Shown: positions 57,801 through 64,000 of the stretch, piece by piece
How positions within the stretch are numbered: position 1 is the first letter of the stretch
How the letters are laid out: the number at the start of each line of letters is the position of its first letter
From: Flectonema sp. DT1601
Taxonomy: Eukaryota
Length of the DNA: 64,000 nt
Reading direction: 5' to 3'
Assembly (NCBI GenBank): GCA_964019425.1
Contig: OZ025786.1
Span: 1,116,001-1,180,000, forward strand
Notes under the pieces: generated by a model
The model's database searches: none
Seen by the model: the letters and a program-made list of their open reading frames with translations, nothing else
Told to the model about the DNA's origin: nothing
Translations under genes and position numbers: made by a program

Positions 57801-60800
57801 TACCCTCCACTACTATGAGGTAACCACAACCAAGGAGATGATTTACCGACTCTAGCACACACGTAGTATTCACCAGTTGATAGCGGTAGTGTGAAAGCTA
57901 CTCTCAAGTTTGAGTTTTGAGGAACAGTCTCAACTTTGGGACATTTCGATGTGACTATGTCATTACTTGAAGCAAAACAACACGTCACTGTGTGTTGTAA
58001 ACTTTTACCAGACTTTGCTGTACTACAACCCGTTGAGACTGATGGTCCTGTAACCTCACCCAAATCATCACTTGATAGTTCTAAAGGCCAATGACCATCA
58101 TGAATAGTCGCTGACAGTAATCCATTTGTAAGTGAACACCACTCTTTATGAGGTACAGCAACACCTTGAACAGTTGTAAATGAAGTATCAAGAATAGAAT
58201 AGGACCCTTCATAACTTATCTCACCAACTGAATTAACTAATCCCGATGTACTACTTGAGCTCAAGATATTAATAACAGACACTGATGGTGATCCCTCAGT
58301 ACAATCTGGTGATGCCGTGTGAGTTTCAGTAACGGCAGGATTGGCACAACCAGCATCAGGGATGTCATCCCATTTCCAAATATTATTTTTATCCGGTGAT
58401 GTTGAGGGATATTGTGCTGAAGGTTTGCTTTTCAAAATTAATTTAAATTCGATGGACGGGATTGAAGTTACTTCCGCTGTCGTTCTCAGTGAAAACCCAA
58501 CATCACGAATGATGTCTGTATCTCCACCTTCATTAATATTAGTAACGAACTGTGTATTTGCACCAGCTAACCCAACAACACCTTCCCTGTTAATTTCACT
58601 GTAGACTGGCTGTAGGCTTTCGGATATAGTCCAGCTCAATAGCAATCCTGGTTGTGTCTTAAAGCCATATTCACGATTTGGATCTCGGTCTTTGTAATCA
58701 CGTGCTTCGGAAATCTCAACCCATGCAGATCGATCCTGGGGGAAGGCAAATTTTGTTTTGACGCAAACTTTATAAGTTGCGGGTTCATCGTTGTCAGTGC
58801 TCGGTAAGATCACATTGAATGTCGCAACATCTTCAGAACCGCTTGCGGGTCCTAAGTCGGTGACTGGCTCAATCGTTTCCCCAACGTGATAGGAATTAGC
58901 GTACAGAGCTCGTTCGTCTTCAGATGTAATCTCGTGACAGCTTTGTGGCCGGTTGTTTGATTTCGGTAAGATAATCTTGGCCATATCCTCTCCTGGATCA
59001 GTATTAAAAACTTCGTTATTGGCATCTGGGAGGCAATTTTCCAAAGTTTCATCCCAAGAACATCTCAGCAAACGGATTCGAACCTCAGCTTGATTTGTAG
59101 GAACGTCTCTTGAACTCGATATAAACCACCTAATCCCATTGTCAGCAACCTGATAGCTTCCAAAACTGACTGTAAAAGTCTCAGGTCGAGTAGTGTTTCT
59201 ACTCTCTATTCGGATGCATAAAGTGTAGTCACCAGACTTTTGAGGGATGACTACCCGGAATCGAACTTGATTGGAATTTATTCCCTTTGAATAAAAAACA
59301 GTTCCGGAAGCAAACTGATCGCCTTCAGTGCCTGCAGGAGGTAGTAAGCATGTTGAGGATAATCCTGTGGCGACTAACTTAGCGTAGAACAACGTATCGC
59401 TACCATTAAATTCAGCGTTGTTGTCAGAAGTTGAATTGCCTACGGTGATCTTAAAAGGAATATCTGACAGCGTGAATTCAGTTAATTCCCCTCCCAGGAG
59501 GACTCTATCACTCGGATTTGGTGAAATAGTTCCTTTCTGTTGTAAATTTTTTATCGAAATATTCCTTTGAAGGATCAACCAATTATCAGTAATGTTTTGT
59601 TTATAACAAAGTTTGTAGGTCGGGATATCCGAGACTGTAATATCAAGAAGTGAAGAAGTTCCCAAAGAAGAACTATTATATGAAAATATAGGTATGACAC
59701 CTTGTGTGATTGACGGTGTTAATCTCATTAAGTCTTCCATAACTACACTTGATGTACAATTATCAGAATCAAAACAAAATTTGTCAACAACTTCACTAAT
59801 AACACTGCAATTTCCTTCTTGAAGACCTCCGTTAATCAGATTACACGTCTGAAATGGATTTGAGCTTTGAATATAACTGTTTTGATTTCTAATATCACAC
59901 CTACTTGTCGATTCAACAAGACGAATAACATCTGACGTACTGAGTGATGCTTTAGAATGATGAGATCCAGAAACTTTTATTATCGACTGTTGATTTCTTA
60001 AAATAGTTGATTGGCTTACCATTCCATCAACATTATGAATAAATGATTCCCCGTCAATTCCGATGTAGTTGTTGAGTATCGGATCTGACTCTGGTATGAA
60101 ATTATCAGAAAGTCTAACCCAGTTTGAAGCATGTTGCTTCCAACACACACTAAACCCAACCCCAGAGGGTATCAGGATGAAGTAACCAGCTTTTTTAGAC
60201 GAATGAATAATTTTATTTACTGAAGAATCTGTAGAAGTCCCTCCTTGAAACATTTCTGCTTTTATATTCGGAGGATTGTTGCACGATGTTGATTGCACTA
60301 CAAGTCTAATAGCTGATCCTGATGTATGTGACGTGCCGTATTCACTATCATAAAGGTTATTCGCTTCTCCTGAAGAGATATCTCTAACGTCAATCTGAAT
60401 AAGTTGGTCAGCTGATGTATCGTATGAATTGTTTACTATAATTTGACCCCAAGTACCTATTCTGCGATCATCCATCTCCCACTTTAAAACTGTTCTTGCT
60501 GTTTCGTATAGTGTTATTTTAGGTTTTAAGAATTTTTCTCCATTCACAATGTTAAGATGAGACCATTTAGAGTGTCCCTCAATGGTGTTATTTCCAGCGA
60601 ATGGTAGTTTCCTCCAACTTCCATAAGTAGGATTTAATGATCCAGGATGATAGCAAACAACCCATTTAGTAACTGATGTTATACTCTCAGAAGGTATCCA
60701 CATCATAAATGCTGCGTAATTATCATTCTTTCCGAAGACTGTTCTTGATGCTGTTATGTAATTGGCATCACTTTCGGTATTCCAAGAGGTTGACGTATGA

Positions 60801-60887
60801 AGATCAGACCAACATCCAGAGAGTGCAAATCCAGCTGTTTCTGTACTTAAGAATTTATCCTCTGGGATGAGCTTTAGTTGGGCTCCT

Positions 60888-60925
<38 letters not shown>

Positions 60926-62475
60926 AAAAGAAATACCCACAAAAAAAAAAAAAAAAAAGGGAAAAAAAAAAGGGAAAAAAAAAAGGAAATTGGTGGTTTC
61001 ATACCTGACATATTCCAATAATCAGAAAGCAGATCTGCGGGGTACGGATACTCATAAGAATGTGTTGAAACGGGGTTCATAGTAGTGCTGGTCTCATCTT
61101 TTTGTAAAGATCTCATCCAATTTCTTTTCATACTGTCGATTACGTTAATCGTTCCATAAGTATCTGGCGTGACATCAGTTGTTGACCACACGAATGACTC
61201 GTTTAAAACTGTGAAAGAAAACTGTTTTGTCATCGCGTTAACTGCTTTTCTCCAAACTGGAGTGTTTTCAATACTGTGATTACCATTTTTTATGAATTCA
61301 CGATGAAAAACAGATGAAAAACAAATTTCAAAAGTCCCTTCCAACGGCAATTCCAGATATCCGAAAAGCCTCTTCGTAGATGGCTGTCCTGGCATAGTCC
61401 ACACAGACGTGAATGGATTATTCTGTCTGGTACCGAGTGCGATGACTCCACCTGGAACAGAATTCTCAGATAACGCTGTGGCTATGTTAGTTAGTTTCCA
61501 ACTACCGTCATTGCTTACATGAGAAGTTCCTAAATAGTAGTCAGTCTCTGAAGATGAAAGGTGTTCTGCAGTACAGGAAACACCAACAGGAACAATCTTC
61601 GCAGAATCTCCGTGACTGCATTGTATTGATGTTGATAAACAGCTCGAAGGAGGGAACGTAAAGTTCCAACCCTCGTCACTAAATAAAACAGATTCTCTGT
61701 ACGGATCTGAAACACTAAATTTAACAACAGCATTCTGACCAGCTGTTGGAGAATTTATTTCGTATGTCAGCACAGCAGGCTCACTCTTTAATACAACAGT
61801 TGATAATGAAGAAGAAGCAAACAGCAGCCATTCTCCGAAGGTGTTTGAATCTATCTTTGGCTCTCCTGGCATCAAAGGAGCCGGCAGATGTTTAAAACAA
61901 AAGTAAAATTCTGATTCAGAAAATGGAGCTGTAAAAGTAACCAACGCTGAGCTTATAAATCTAGATGATTTTTGACTTGATTTTACACCGAATTTAGTAG
62001 TAGAAGCATGAGGGATTCCAGCGCAATCAAGATCTCTATTATTAGATTGAAGAACATACATACGAACTTCCAAAAGATCATCGTAGGTTATGTTGAACAC
62101 ATTTACTGGATATTCCCCAGAAGGGTCCTCAAGGATCGATGTTATTTCGAGTCTAATTTCCTGACCTTCATAAAACACTTCAGGAGAATACTCCATGGTG
62201 TAATTATTTATTGATGGCAGAGTCGGTGAAATCGACATACTAAGAGACGTCGTTTTTGAATTTGATTCAGTTGTCGATCTGCTGTCACTGTCACTCTCAG
62301 ATTCAGTCAAACTTTTAGTTAATGTCCAAACTGTTTCTGTTTGAGTCGGGACAGTTGATGACTTAGTTCTACTTCCTGAAAAGGTATCAGTCAAGGATAA
62401 CGTATTGGTAACTGTACTCTCACTAATTGACGACAACACGAGAAACACAACCCATCGGAGGCTGCATTGAGTCAT
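48865..62475 (-). CDS. Giant secreted, putatively GPI-anchored surface protein, 6 exons (~4369 aa)
   Basis: Five GT-AG introns (60886..61004, 54401..54555, 51584..51657, 49744..49828, 49528..49595) join five track ORFs and one unlisted exon into a 13110-nt frame. Signal peptide MTQCSLRWVVFLVLSSISES; hydrophobic C-terminus SAAGTAASAVGELLMIFVVFVLCLS*. Confidence 0.85.
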
Positions 62476-64000
62476 GTTGGTACAGTGACTTACGCTGTTA
62501 AAAATAATTATCTGAAATATCATAACGACTGTCAGACTGTGAAAATCCATACTCTCAACTATGTGTGCACCTGTAGCTGTAATAATAAATATAATATAAA
62601 ACATCTACTTGCGAGTGATAAAAATTTCTGTTTTTTTTTTTTTTTTTTTTTGTGGTTTTTTTTTCAATTTTCTTTTGTTTGTTCCCTTTTCTTATGAAAA
62701 CGAAAACCAAAAAAAAAAAAAGAAAAAAATAAGCAGCAGTCTAAATTTCTTAAATTAATTAATTCCAGGTATGGCAAGGATCAGGGGGGGAAAAAAAAAA
62801 AAGGGCCGGGATACACGAGGGATATCATCCCATAGACTTGAAATAACGTGCGAATAAAAACTTGTTAACTAGATTCTCTTACTGAATTTGATAACTAAAA
62901 CAAAAAATGATTCCCTCTGTTGATCGCAGAACGTATTACTAAGAGATAGTTCAGTTACCATAATTAATTAGTTGGTTGTATTCATTGGATTGAACGCGGT
63001 ATTATAAAGTCATTCTATTTATGATGACTTCACGCACAGTTGATCAACAAACAAGAATATTACAGATTCTTGTTTAGCGAGAAAAAAAATAAAAAAAAGA
63101 AATGATATATTTATATTACACATCATCCTCATCTCTAAAAATAAGGAACACATAATTGCTATAGTTTGTATACAAAAAACCAAACAAACAACTCGACAGA
63201 GGACCTAATCCAAAGTCGTTTTTCGAAGACTCAGCAACTGGAATGCTGAATAGCTTCAGCTGAAGAGACGTAATTAACTTTATAGTAAAATAAGAATACC
63301 ACTCTTTAGCTTTCCACCTTGCACAGCTTAACTACTTTAAGATTACAAGAAATGATTGAAATTGAAAGAAGAAGAAGAAAAACAACAACACACACACGTT
63401 TTGTTGTTTCTTTTAGCATTGTGTGGAATAGGCAAGTCTTAACCAGCTGTCTCTCTTAGACTCTTCATAGGTAAGTTTTTGGTGAATGCATTCCTTTTTT
63501 TTTTTTTTTTTTTTGATAATTTCGAAATTTATCAAAAACGGTTCTAATCCTTCAAAGGAAATGAGAAGTTGGCCAACTCTAAAATAAAACAACACAATCA
63601 CATCATATGCGTGATGTGTAATTCACAGTACCAACACTTCCTTATAGATGAATAGAGGATTCAGCCCAGTCAAGTTGCCGAGAGTTAAAAGGAGAGTAAA
63701 GGAAAGATCTTCAACCAGGAAAAGGGTTTCGAACAAAACTCAAATCTGATGGAGAATAAGAAAAAGAAGGAAAGCTTGAACAATAAAGTCTTTGATAGAC
63801 GTCAGGTAACTAACAATACAATATGATGTAAAGTAAGAACAAGTCTTTGAAAGACCTATCCGCTGAGTCCTTGACACTCATAAAAGAAAAGTAAAGAAAG
63901 CAACAAAGAGAACAATAAAGAAGACTCCCTGAGACAGGGAAAACAACACTCGTAACAGAGTAAAGTCTCTCCTTTGAAACAAGAGATAAAAGTAAAGAAG

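Overview
Eukaryotic, AT-rich genomic DNA. Every credible protein-coding gene lies on the minus strand, forming one directional cluster with short GT-AG introns. Together with the gene content, this suggests a euglenozoan, most likely diplonemid-like, protist (inference, not verifiable here). The left end holds an apparently intact two-ORF non-LTR retrotransposon (ORF1 plus APE-RT ORF2 joined by an ATGA overlap; ORF2 is missing from the ORF track because it runs off the window). It sits head-to-head, 93 bp upstream of a tRNA-Val(AAC) gene. Next come a DHX57/36-like helicase, two coiled-coil/IQ proteins, a pseudokinase-PP2C fusion, CCDC39, a frameshifted ubiquitin-like+BspA-LRR gene and a cyclin with an F-box-like tail. 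These are followed by a D/D-domain protein with 24 KOW/SH3-like repeats, an RRM-like protein beside a 6 kb homopolymer-rich tract, VPS33, a Cys-rich type I membrane protein, a DnaJ protein and a 6-exon ~4369-aa putative GPI-anchored surface protein. All 11 inferred cis-introns have A/C-rich 3' ends instead of polypyrimidine tracts. A diverged ~300-360 bp dispersed repeat with conserved hairpins occurs twice.
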